Source of the DNA: Eledone cirrhosa
Lineage: Eukaryota
NCBI GenBank assembly: GCA_964016885.1
Contig: OZ024755.1
Coordinates: forward strand, 23,374,001 to 23,438,000
Length of the DNA stretch: 64,000 nt
Reading direction: 5' to 3'
The position numbers and the translations under genes were made by a program. The stretch's first letter is position 1. Each line of letters opens with the position of its first letter. The notes under the pieces were generated by a model that was given only the letters and a program-made list of their open reading frames with translations, was not told the origin of the DNA and searched no databases. This document shows positions 1-11,400 of the stretch, piece by piece.

Positions 1-41
1 AATAGTATATATATAGAGTAATGTAAATGCTAAAGGGTTAA
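1..41. mobile_element. Right end of a piggyBac-type MITE
   Basis: AAATGCTAAAGGG followed by TTAA (38-41), identical to the right TIR of the element at 62027-62197. Confidence 0.5.
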
Positions 42-108
42 ACATTGAAATTTGAATAATCGATAGAAATATGTCTTTTGTTTGTTTCTGTCTCCCCCAA
101 ACCATCAG

Positions 109-267
109 AGGGTACCTGATATGAATGCTGTAGTAAACGATGGTAAACCCACCCAATTACCAACTGTGGATATTTCAATAGCTGTGGCAACACCAAATGG
201 ACTCATTACACCAATTGTTAAAAATGCAGCGTCTCTTGGTGTTTCAGATGTTTCAAGCACAGTCAAG
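109..267 (+). CDS. PDHX: PDHX-like (pyruvate dehydrogenase protein X / E3BP) internal coding exon
   Basis: Acceptor ..catcAG at 107-108 and donor GTAAGT at 268. 53 codons RVPDMNAVVNDGKPTQLPTVDISIAVATPNGLITPIVKNAASLGVSDVSSTVK match the 2-oxoacid dehydrogenase E2/E3BP inner-core domain (DISVAVAT.GL.TPI motif). Upstream exons lie outside the window. Confidence 0.9.
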
Positions 268-1069
268 GTAAGTAATCAGTTAGTTACTTATATGTATATT
301 TATCTAATTATCGTCTGATGATCCTGTGAGTACGTAGGTGAAACCCCAGAGAAATAAGGCTCAGTACTTAACCATAATTAAATATTTAAACTCTACTTTG
401 GTACTGAGTACTTTTTCTCTCGTCTGTCAAATGAACGGGTATGTATGTATGTATATATATATGCATGTGTGTGTATATATATGTATATATTGTAATAATC
501 CTACTAGTCCACCACCCTAGACTGCTACTTTATTTACTGCCCTCAGAAAGATGAAGGACAAGGTTCACCTCACTGAGATTTACAACTCAGAACACAAGAA
601 GCCTAAATAAATATGCAAAGCATTTCATTGTCCACTCACGTTTCTGCCAATTTACCTTATTGAGGATAATTATTAAAATTTGAAGAGATGAGAGGCTGGC
701 TGCTTCATCATTATTTTACATCCAGTATTTATGTTAGCATGGGCTGGACAAATCATCACAATCCAGGTTGATTCTCATTCAGAGCTACTGTTTTTCTAGA
801 TGGGTTGTCTCATTCATTCCTGTCCATTTTTGTTAAGGTTTCTGTGTGTAACAGTGATAAAAAGAGACAGGAAAAATCAACGTTAGTACTTTGTTTATTG
901 ACCCTGAAAGGATGAAATGCAAAGTTGACCCTCATGGGATTTGATTTGAACTCAGAGCACAACAAGCTGGAACAAATACAGGGGAATTTTTAATACAACA
1001 CCCAAACAACTCTACCAATTAATCACCCTGTGTGTGTGTTTGTGTTTTCTTTTTAGTTGATTTACACAA

Positions 1070-1350
1070 TAAAAGCACCAGTACATACTGTGAAGTGGTT
1101 GGTGATAGGAAAGACATCCAGCCGTAGAAAGCTTGTTAAACAAGGGGTTGGGAGGTCCCTTCAGTTTGTGTCTAAAGACACGACAACCTCCTCTGCACTC
1201 GATATGATGGTTCATAAGTGGGATACCAACTCTTTGGCCTGTGAGGTCAGTAGCCCCGCTTCAGTACTGACTTGGTTTATGTAGACCCATCCAACCCTTC
1301 CTAATAAGGAAAGTGGACATTAAATGTTGTTGATGATGATGATGATGATA
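1070..1350 (+). mobile_element. RTE-tail-related SINE/LINE 3' fragment in a PDHX intron
   Basis: GTGGTTGGTGATAGGAAAGACATCCAGCCGTAGAAA and a (TGA)n tail resemble the 3' UTR of the RTE at 25120-25299. Confidence 0.6.
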
Positions 1351-1480
1351 AAGAAATATATTATTTTTTGGTTTGTTTTCACATATGATCCTTACTTTGT
1401 TATTGTGGACCCTTGCATTTTTCTCTAATTTAATCTTGGTTGTAGCTGTTGGTGTTTTTATATACTTATTTCTTGTTCAG

Positions 1481-1545
1481 GAACTTGCCGGAAGGGCACG
1501 AGTGGGAAAACTCCAGCTCCATGAATTTCAAGGAGGTTCATTTAG
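1481..1545 (+). CDS. PDHX: PDHX-like coding exon (not in the ORF track)
   Basis: Acceptor ttgttcAG at 1479-1480 and donor GTAAGT at 1546. Encodes ELAGRARVGKLQLHEFQGGSF plus AG, in phase with both neighbouring exons (AG|C = Ser). Confidence 0.9.
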
Positions 1546-1950
1546 GTAAGTTTCAATGTATAGACCTGTAACTCACGGGGAAGTCGTAGGGGTGGTGTAT
1601 TGACATACAGCATTTGTAGGGCATTTTTTCCTTTTTAAACCTGGTGGAGTCCATCTCCTCTCCATCTCAGAACATAGATTTCTTCCAGAGAAGGATAGAA
1701 AGTGAGAAAATGGAAGTTAGAGATAGAGGAAGAATCAACTCCAGTACTAGACTGGTACTTTGTTTTAGCAACCTCAAATAGATGAACAGCTAAGTTGACC
1801 TCGGCGGGATGTGAATTCAGACAGCAGATAGCCGGAATGCGCTCTATCCGATGTTCTCCTTAGTGCTGATGCCACAATAATATGCACTTGGTAGAGTGTG
1901 GGGGTGTTGATGATGCATTTTACATTTTTTTTTTTTTTTTTTTATTTCAG

Positions 1951-2338
1951 CATATCAAACCTAGGAATGTTTGGAATAAGTGAATTTTCTGCTGTAATCA
2001 ATCCTCCACAAGTTGGAATATTGGCGATCGGTTCCTCTCGTTTAGTACCAACAGCAAACAAAACTGCCAAGACGATGATGACTGTCATATTGTCCTATGA
2101 CCGGAGAGCTGTCGATGAATATGAGGCTGCCACATTTCTGGAAGCCTTCCAAGAAATAATTGAAAATCCTAACTTGATACTTTCTGGGTATGACTCCCAA
2201 TCTCATGATAAACCAGACGTCAGCGAACTAGAAACGTCTGTCTCATCAACGCAAAGTTTACCTGTAAGCAAGGAAGCAACATCGACCAAGTCAGAGAATA
2301 TAGCGAAAGAAGCTCTTATAAAAAGTCTTGTATTCTAG
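1951..2338 (+). CDS. PDHX: PDHX-like terminal coding exon
   Basis: Poly-T tract plus tttcAG acceptor. Encodes (S)ISNLGMFGISEFSAVINPPQVGILAIG...SYDRRAVDEYEAATFLEAFQEIIENP..., stop TAG 2336-2338. DRRAVDE replaces the catalytic DHRxxDG of DLAT, as expected for E3BP. Confidence 0.88.
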
Positions 2339-2569
2339 CTTATCTTTAAGTGAAACAAATTGGATAATCCAATGCAATAATTATGAAAGGTTATTCAGTT
2401 TGAAGAAGAAAATATCCAAGGCTGTTATAAGTATCTTTTCATACCATGTTTTAATTTTTTTTTCTTTTCTTAATTTATCAAACCATTTATTTCCAAAAAA
2501 TCAGATTCTTAGTATATATAAACATATCTAGGGTAAATTTGTGCTGTTGTTATTACAATGTTTTTTATA

Positions 2570-2822
2570 CTCTGAGTTCAAATCTTTGCTTTTCATCCTT
2601 ACAGGGTCAATGAAATAAAGTACCAGTAATGCTCTGCGGTCAATTTAATTGACTTTCCCTTCCCCCAAAATGGTTGGCTTAAATCAGAAACCATCATTAT
2701 CTGAGTTCAAATCCCACCGAGGTTGACTTTGCCTTTCATCCTTACGGGGTCGATAAAATAAAGTACCAGTAATGCACTGGGTAATTGTGGCCTTGTGCCT
2801 AAAGTAGAAACAATTATTATTA
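2570..2822 (+). mobile_element. Two partial copies of a tRNA-derived SINE
   Basis: B-box-like GAGTTCAAATC followed by the core GCCTTTCATCCTTACGGGGTCGATAAAATAAAGTACCAGT and an (ATT)n tail. The same family recurs at about 520-600, 885-960, 1735-1830, 5990-6075, 6835-7010, 19395-19490, 42360-42560 and 63255-64000. Confidence 0.75.
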
Positions 2823-3059
2823 TTACAATATATTTATGTTATGTTATGAAAAACGTTGTTTTTCAATCTTCCAAGATCAATAAAATAATGTACCAATCAA
2901 GTAATAAATTGAATTAATCAACTGGACCCTCCCCATAATATCTGACCTTGTGATATCTTAGAAATTACCGTTATTATTATGAGGGTTAGGGTAGTGAATT
3001 GCTGATCTGATGGTATTATTTGCACCAGTCACAAATTTAGTAATCATCTTAGACCTGTG

Positions 3060-3590
3060 AAGACTTGCTGCATCGTAACTACATCGCTCTAGGTTGGGCA
3101 GCTTTCAACAGGAACAAGGAAGTACTAACATCAAAACGAGTTTCCTATCATTTGAAGGCTAAGATCTTTGATACTTACATCCTACCAGTTGTGTATATGG
3201 TCTTGATTGTTTTAATTGAACGACAAGATCACTTCAGAAGCTCTCTACACTCCAGAACCACATCATGAGGCTGGCAAGTGGCTCAGCAACCATATCTGTA
3301 TCTGTATCAGTGAGCTACTCAACATCACCAGGCTTAGTCAATCACATCAGTTGTCAGGTCAAGAGTGCTTAAACTGTATGGTCATATCAAAAGATCAACT
3401 TGTGGTGTGAGTAAGTTATGCCTAGAAGGAAAGTTGGCTGGTATGAGAAGCAGAGGTCAGCAACCAAAACGATGGCTTGATAATGTCAACTTATGGACTG
3501 GACTTGACCTTTGCTCTTTAAATTCTGCTGTTGGTCATCGAACTTTGTGGAGAAAAATATCTCATGTTGATGCACAGTCTGCAACTGGTG
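3060..3590 (+). mobile_element. Degraded RTE-type LINE, 3' part
   Basis: Frameshifted RIALGWAAF...KAKIFDTYILPV...LKLYGHIKR...EGKLAGMRSRGQQPKRWLDNV, typical of the RTE ORF C-terminus. Confidence 0.7.
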
Positions 3591-5019
3591 GAGTTTAGCA
3601 TCTGGAGAGAACTACATCTTTGGTTTGTGAGTATTTTCCTGAAAGCTAACAGTATCACTCATTACCCCATCTTCACTGTTTGGTCTGGGGTTGTTTATTT
3701 GCCTAACAGGAGTGTACTTATATTGCATATCTGGTAGCTGTATTGCTTTCACCACCTGTGACCTCTCCCTCTACACACACCATCAATCTGACAAACAACT
3801 TTTACTGGTTTCCTTGACAAGAGCTTATCTGCTTGTCATGAATTTCCTTATGAGAAAACCACGGTAGTTACCTCTCTTCAAGTATTTTTTTATAAGACGC
3901 CATTGACCATGTTCACTAGTACTGGTGCCATGATAAAATGCACCCAGTAACTCCACCATTGGGTACATATTTTAACACAAACGGGTTACTACCAGGTAAA
4001 TCATCATCATCATTTAATATTCACTTTTCTTGCTAGCAAGGGTTAGATAGATCTTCACAAACTGAATCAGCAATGAAGTGGGATTACTAACTTCCCAAAC
4101 AAGCCAGGGGTCTGCATCTCACGTATCTTATGTTCTACCAAGTGAATTTTATTGTGGCTCCAGAACAACTGAAGAGTGCTGAACTCTTTGTTTGTCTAAC
4201 TTTCTACAGCTAGATGCCCTTCCTATCACCAACCACCTTACAGCATACACTAGGTGTGTTTGTTGTGTAGATCACCATCACTAGGGAGGTTGTCATGTTA
4301 CTATATTTCCAAGTGCTGATATGACCCTGAGGACATGGGTATAATTCCTAAAATATTTGTTGGTGTTTATTTTCAGATCAGCCAAAATAAAACTACCCCC
4401 AATTGAGATTGGGAATGGAGTTTAATGAGGAATTCCAGATACAAGTAGGAGTTCATCAGGTTTCGGTCCTCAGCCCACTTTTATTCATTACTAGACCAAC
4501 CATGACCCGTTGGTTCACGTTCACTTAAAAATAATTAAAATATACACAGACATGTATATAATGTGAAATGAAACTGGAAGGCCCATATATATAGGTGTGT
4601 GTATGTATGTATATAAATGTGTATGTTTGTATACATATGTATGTGTGTGTGTGTATATGTAGGTGTCTGTGATCTATATGCATTGGTCATAGACACACAC
4701 ACACTCATATATATATATACACACACACACATATATATACACAAGACCACCACCACCAGCTTTCTTTCTTCCATTCTCCTCTCCTTCTTTCAATCTACTC
4801 TCTCACAACCACTATCTCTTTCTCTGTTTATGAAGGAACCCAGAAAACCCCATATCTCGGGAACCCAGGCTTCGATTTACGTGATACTTGTTTTTTTCCA
4901 TTTGTATTCCCATTTCAGGAGCAACTTCCTTTCAAAGTATTTTCCCATCATGCGCCATTTTGGCTGTATTACATTCCAGACAAGCAAGCAATCACAGAGT
5001 TTTAGTAATATATAGATAG

Positions 5020-5965
5020 ATGGTTCTCGAAGCCATAACAGAGGAGTTTAAGACTGGCTGCCCATGGGAACCTCTCTATATTGATGATCTGGTTCTTATA
5101 GCAGAATCAGTAGAAGAGCTAGAGAATAAATTCCGGCTGTGGGAACAGCAGTTGGAATCAAAGGGACTGAGATTGAACCTAGCAAAGACTAAAGTATTGA
5201 TAAGTAGGAAAGAGGACAAGACTCTGATTTCATCAGGGAAATGGCCATGCTTGATATATAGAAAATGAGTTGGCATAAACTCTATAGAATGTACACAATG
5301 TAGATCTTGAGTAAACAAGAGGTGTAGTGGGATAGCAGGAAAACTTTGTATGCCGTAGATGTTCAGGGAAAATTGGTAGAAGTGTCAGTGATAGGCACAT
5401 TTTTCAAATGCAGGTAGGATCTATAGAAGTGGTTGATAGCTTCCGATATCTAGGTGATCAAATTAGCAAGGGAGTTCATAGTACCTAGAATAAGGACAGG
5501 ATGGAAGAAGTTTAGGGAGCAGCTTCCTCAGTTGACAACGAAGGGTTTCTCCCTGCAAATGCAAGGTCAGTTGTATGATGCCTGCGTGATGCTGCATAGT
5601 AGTCAGACATAGGAAGCAACTGCGGAGGATATGCGAAGGCTGGAGAGAATTGAAGCAAGCATGCTCCAATGGGATGTGCAAGGTCAGTGTACATAAACAA
5701 CCAAACATGGATAAGTTGAGAGAGAAACTGTATAAGAGGAATAAACTGTAGTGTGCAGGAGAGAAGACTGCGTTGGTATGGCCATGTGATGCTTGTGGGT
5801 GAAGAAGTACCAGGTAATCCCAGAGGAAGGAAGACCACATAAAGCATGGGCGAAGGTAGTGAGAGTGACTTCAGCTCAAAGAGGAGATGATGAAGGACTG
5901 TGACAAATGGAGAGACACTGCTGAAGAGGACCCATCTCACCTTTGCAAGCAGCATAAAATGATGA
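5020..5965 (+). mobile_element. Degraded RTE LINE (same lineage as 23682-25299)
   Basis: [29 protein letters not shown]...GLRLNLAKTKVL...GKWPC, followed by stops and frameshifts. Confidence 0.85.
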
Positions 5966-6834
5966 TATATATTATGTATATTATATGGATTGGCAGCATA
6001 GGTAGAGGGTCAGACACTTGCATAGAGTTACGACCCTTTATGGTTTGTGTTCAAATCCCACAAAAGTAAAAACAATTATTTATATATATATATTAGTACA
6101 CACACACATATATATATAGTATATTCAAAATGTCATACGCTTAACATGTATGGCAACCTTTGGTTTCGGAGTCCAGTTATCGCCACCACTGTCTAGGATT
6201 GGCTACTCCTTCACTTTTGTTACTTAATTTTATTATTTTCTGTTGCAAAAATTATATAATTAAATAAAAATTTATTTAATAAACTTTGTTCTAAATCAAT
6301 TATACCAAATAAAAATTTTCACTGCGAAAATACTAAAACATGGCTGAGAATGTGTGACTAACTTTGAAAGGTAGCATTTGTAATGATGACTTTGAAATGT
6401 TTCATATTCACGTAATTATTACAAAACTAAACTTTATTTTCTATATTATATTAACTATTTCAACGCCCATAAGTAATTTATCGAACCAATATGATTTACA
6501 AGTGAATATATATAAATATAGAGAGAAATAACGAAAGGTAAAAATTCCAAACAAAACATGAGAATACAAACACATCCCCAATTACACATTGAACAGAAAA
6601 TACTGGTGTTTCTTTCTAAATATTTTTAATGGCAAGGTAAAACATTCATGACATTGTAAGACTGAATCTAAGGTCCTTTAATATTTATGTACATTTATTA
6701 GTATTGTGTAATATTTTAGTAAAACGAGCCACCAACAACAATAGAACTTCGTTGTCAACCAACACAAACTTCTTGAATACAAATAATTGTGTACAGTGCA
6801 CAACAACTCATCAAAGGTACATAGAATAATTGTT

Positions 6835-7012
6835 TCAACTTTAGGCACAAGGCCAGCAATTATCCCAGTGCATTACTGGTACTTTATTTTATCGACCCCG
6901 TAAGGATGAAAGGCAAAGTCAACCTCGGCGGGATTTGAACTCAGATCGTAAAGGGACGTAACTATGCTGGAAAGCATGGCGTCCGACCCTCTACTAATAC
7001 TGCCAATCCACA
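6835..7012 (-). mobile_element. tRNA-derived SINE
   Basis: Near-complete reverse copy with A-box-like TGGCAGTATTAG, B-box GAGTTCAAATC and the conserved core. Confidence 0.75.
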
Positions 7013-7079
7013 TAGAATAATGTTGAAATGTCAGGCAAATGAACAGTGTATGAGTCATGAAATACATGTGTGTATGGAG

Positions 7080-8062
7080 GGGGGATAGCAGGTGTAGTGT
7101 TGGCGAAGTTCAGGAAGCATGGAGGTTTTAAAGAATGCAGCTAACAACTGACGCAGGTAGTTTGCTTCAGCAACTCTGAGCATGAAAAAATGTTTCCGAA
7201 AGTCATGGGAGCTGTGCTGTTTTCTGATTTTGTAAGCATGTCCCCTGGTGTTAGACACATGGAATTCAAAAAGGTGATCAGAGTTGTTGTTGGAAAGATG
7301 GTTAATAATCTTGTGGGTATTTACCAAGTCAGTTGCTAGACATCAGAACTTTAATGTATCCATGCCCAGGGAAGCAAAACATTCACAGTATGGTAGATGT
7401 CTGATGGAGGGTATTCGCTTGGTTGCACGTCTCTGAACAGTTACCAGGAGGTGAATGTTCTGAGCAAGATGGGGGTTCCAGACTGGTGATGCAAATTCTA
7501 AGTGTGGCCGCACCATAGCTATATAGAGCTTTAAATAGATAGCTGGAGAGCAGCTGAAAAAGGTCTTGTTGAGTGATGCTAAGACACCCTCGGCCTTCTT
7601 GACAATTTTAGAGATGTGTTTTGTCCAACACAAATCGCTGCTGACTAATGCCCATGTCACGTTCACAAGAGGACTTCTTGATATTAGTGTTGAAGAGGGA
7701 GTATGTGGATGCTGGGTTTTCCCTCCCAAAACGCATGGTGGTACACTTGTGCACAGCCAACTTGAGTTGCCAATCCGTGATCCATTGTGTCCAGGTCTGA
7801 TTGCAGGAAAGATCTATAGTGTTCAGGATCTGTCCTTTTTATCTCAAGGTACAGTTTGATGTGATCTACATATTTCAGTACTGTGGCATTCTTTAAGTTG
7901 GCATCTATGTCATTAATATATGCCACAAACAAAAGGGGACCAAGAACAGATATCTGTGGTACACCAGATGGCATCTCATCGGTGAGGAATGCTGTCCTAG
8001 AACCGTGACTACCTCTCTTCGACTGAGAATGAAGGATTTCAACAAGTTAAAAAGATCATCCT
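7080..8062 (-). mobile_element. Old CR1/L2-group LINE, 3' RT part (pseudogenised)
   Basis: SGVPQISVLGPLLFVAYINDI, KYVDHIKL (FADDTKL-like), VRPHLEFASPVWNPH, VQRRATKRI and TRGHAYKI; multiple frameshifts. Confidence 0.85.
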
Positions 8063-8189
8063 TCACATCTGTTCATGTAATTTATTTTTACCTTTGTTTT
8101 CATATGGAGGTATTTGTTTAAGGTCTTTGATAACATTTTCTTTATTTTTGTAGGGTGGTGCCGGGTAAAATATTATTTTTCTCATAGAA

Positions 8190-8400
8190 ATGCTGGGCAA
8201 CAGAAAAATGAGGTATGGTGTGATGCCAGCAGCACAAGGGATCACTCTGGAAATGAAGGGTGTTGAGGTAGAGGATGCAGCCTGGCTCAGGAAGAAGAAG
8301 GATTGTAGCCACATCAACACACTGAGATGGAGACTGCGCACCATAGAGATTCATACTGATTTGGTCACTACTCTGTAAAGTGGTTGGTGTTGGGAATGGC
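8190..8400 (+). mobile_element. LTR-retrotransposon (Ty3/gypsy-like) RNase H relic
   Basis: Reads EVWCDASS (about 8209-8232, one frame), then LEMKGVEVEDAAWLRKKKDCSHIN...WRLRTIEIHTD (second frame). These resemble the DASS and (I)xTD RNase H motifs of gypsy-like pol; the AELEA segment appears deleted. Confidence 0.6.
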
Positions 8401-8466
8401 ACCCACCCATAGAAACCCTACCAAATATGAAATGTAAGAATGAAGATATAGTCCCACGATCTCTCT

Positions 8467-11400
8467 AGTCTCGAACTGTAATGACCATCCAACATGTACC
8501 AGGATGGAAAGTCTCGGACTGTAATGACCATCCAACATGTACCAGGATGGAAAGTGTTGGACTGTAATGACCATCCAACATGTACCAGGATGGAAAGTCT
8601 CGGACTGTAATGACCATCCAACATGTACCAGGATGGAAAGTGTTGGACTGTAATGACCATCCAACATGTACCAGGATGGAAAGTCTTGGACTATAATGAC
8701 CATCCAACATGTACCAGGATGGAAAGTGTTGGACTGTAATGACCATCCAACATGTACCAGGATGGAAAGTGTAGGATTGTAATGACCATCCAACATGTAC
8801 CAGGATGGAAAGTCTCGGACTGTATTGACCATCCAACATGTACCAGGATGGAAAGTGTTGGACTGTAATGACCATCCAACATGTACCAGGATGGAAAGTG
8901 TCGGACTGTAATGACCATCCAACATGTACCAGGATGGAAAGTCTCGGACTGTAATGACCATCCAACATGTACCAGGATGGAAAGTCTCGGACTGTAATGA
9001 CCATCCAACATGTACCAGGATGGAAAGTCTCGGACTATAATGACCATCCAACATGTACCAGGATGGAAAGTGTTGGACTGTAATGACCATCCAACATGTA
9101 CCAGGATGGAAAGTCTCGGACTGTAATGACCATCCAACATGTACCAGGATGGAAAGTCTCGGACTGTAATGACCATCCAACATGTACCAGGATGGAAATT
9201 GTTAGACTGTAATGACCATCCAACATGTACCAGGATGGAAAGTGTTGGACTGTAATGACCATCCAACATGTACCAGGATGGAAAGTGTAGGATTGTAATG
9301 ACCATCCAACATGTACCAGGATGGAAATTGTTAGACTGTAATGACCATCCAACATGTACCAGGATGGAAAGTGTTGGACTGTAATGACCATCCAACATGT
9401 ACCAGGATGGAAAGTGTAGGACTGTAATGACCATCCAACATGTACCAGGATGGAAAGTCTCGGACTATAATGACCATCCAACATGTACCAGGATGGAAAG
9501 TGTAGGACTGTAATGACCATCCAACATGTACCAGGATGGAAAGTCTCGGACTATAATGACCATCCAACATGTACCAGGATGGAAAGTGTAGGACTGTAAT
9601 GACCATCCAACATGTACCAGGATGGAAAGTGTCGGACTGTAATGACCATCCAACATGTACCAGGATGGAAAGTGTTGGACTGTAATGACCATCCAACATG
9701 TACCAGGATGGAAAGTGTAGGACTGTAATGACCATCCAACATGTACCAGGATGGAAAGTGTAGGACTGTAATGACCATCCAACATGTACCAGGATGGAAA
9801 GTGTCGGACTGTAATGACCATCCAACATGTACCAGGATGGAAAGTGTAGGACTGTAATGACCATCCAACATGTACCAGGATGGAAAGTGTAGGACTGTAA
9901 TGACCATCCAACATGTACCAGGATGGAAAGTCTCGGACTATAATGACCATCCAACATGTACCAGGATGGAAAGTGTCGGACTGTAATGACCATCCAACAT
10001 GTACCAGGATGGAAAGTGTTGGACTGTAATGACCATCCAACATGTACCAGGATGGAAAGTGTAGGACTGTAATGACCATCCAACATGTACCAGGATGGAA
10101 AGTGTCGGACTATAATGACCATCCAACATGTACCAGGATGGAAAGTGTAGGACTGTAATGACCATCCAACATGTACCAGGATGGAAAGTGTCGGACTGTA
10201 ATGACCATCCAACATGTACCAGGATGGAAAGTGTTGGACTGTAATGACCATCCAACATGTACCAGGATGGAAAGTGTAGGACTGTAATGACCATCCAACA
10301 TGTACCAGGATGGAAAGTGTAGGACTGTAATGACCATCCAACATGTACCAGGATGGAAAGTCTCGGACTGTAATGACCATCCAACATGTACCAGGATGGA
10401 AAGTCTCGGACTGTAATGACCATCCAACATGTACCAGGATGGAAAGTCTCGGACTATAATGACCATCCAACATGTACCAGGATGGAAAGTGTTGGACTGT
10501 AATGACCATCCAACATGTACCAGGATGGAAAGTCTCGGACTGTAATGACCATCCAACATGTACCAGGATGGAAAGTCTCGGACTGTAATGACCATCCAAC
10601 ATGTACCAGGATGGAAATTGTTAGACTGTAATGACCATCCAACATGTACCAGGATGGAAAGTGTTGGACTGTAATGACCATCCAACATGTACCAGGATGG
10701 AAAGTGTAGGACTGTAATGACCATCCAACATGTACCAGGATGGAAAGTGTTGGACTGTAATGACCATCCAACATGTACCAGGATGGAAAGTGTTGGACTG
10801 TAATGACCATCCAACATGTACCAGGATGGAAAGTGTAGGACTGTAATGACCATCCAACATGTACCAGGATGGAAAGTCTCGGACTATAATGACCATCCAA
10901 CATGTACCAGGATGGAAAGTGTAGGACTGTAATGACCATCCAACATGTACCAGGATGGAAAGTGTCGGACTGTAATGACCATCCAACATGTACCAGGATG
11001 GAAAGTGTTGGACTGTAATGACCATCCAACATGTACCAGGATGGAAAGTGTAGGACTGTAATGACCATCCAACATGTACCAGGATGGAAAGTGTAGGACT
11101 GTAATGACCATCCAACATGTACCAGGATGGAAAGTCTCGGACTATAATGACCATCCAACATGTACCAGGATGGAAAGTGTAGGACTGTAATGACCATCCA
11201 ACATGTACCAGGATGGAAAGTGTCGGACTGTAATGACCATCCAACATGTACCAGGATGGAAAGTGTAGGACTGTAATGACCATCCAACATGTACCAGGAT
11301 GGAAAGTGTAGGACTGTAATGACCATCCAACATGTACCAGGATGGAAAGTGTTGGACTGTAATGACCATCCAACATGTACCAGGATGGAAAGTGTTGGAC

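Noticed and set aside
1898-1950. N-terminal part of the 146-aa ORF (poly-Phe)
   Set aside because: This is the intron polypyrimidine tract; the exon starts at 1951.
109-2338. Calling the gene DLAT (catalytic E2)
   Set aside because: The active-site motif reads DRRAVDE rather than DHRxxDG, which fits the non-catalytic E3BP/PDHX.
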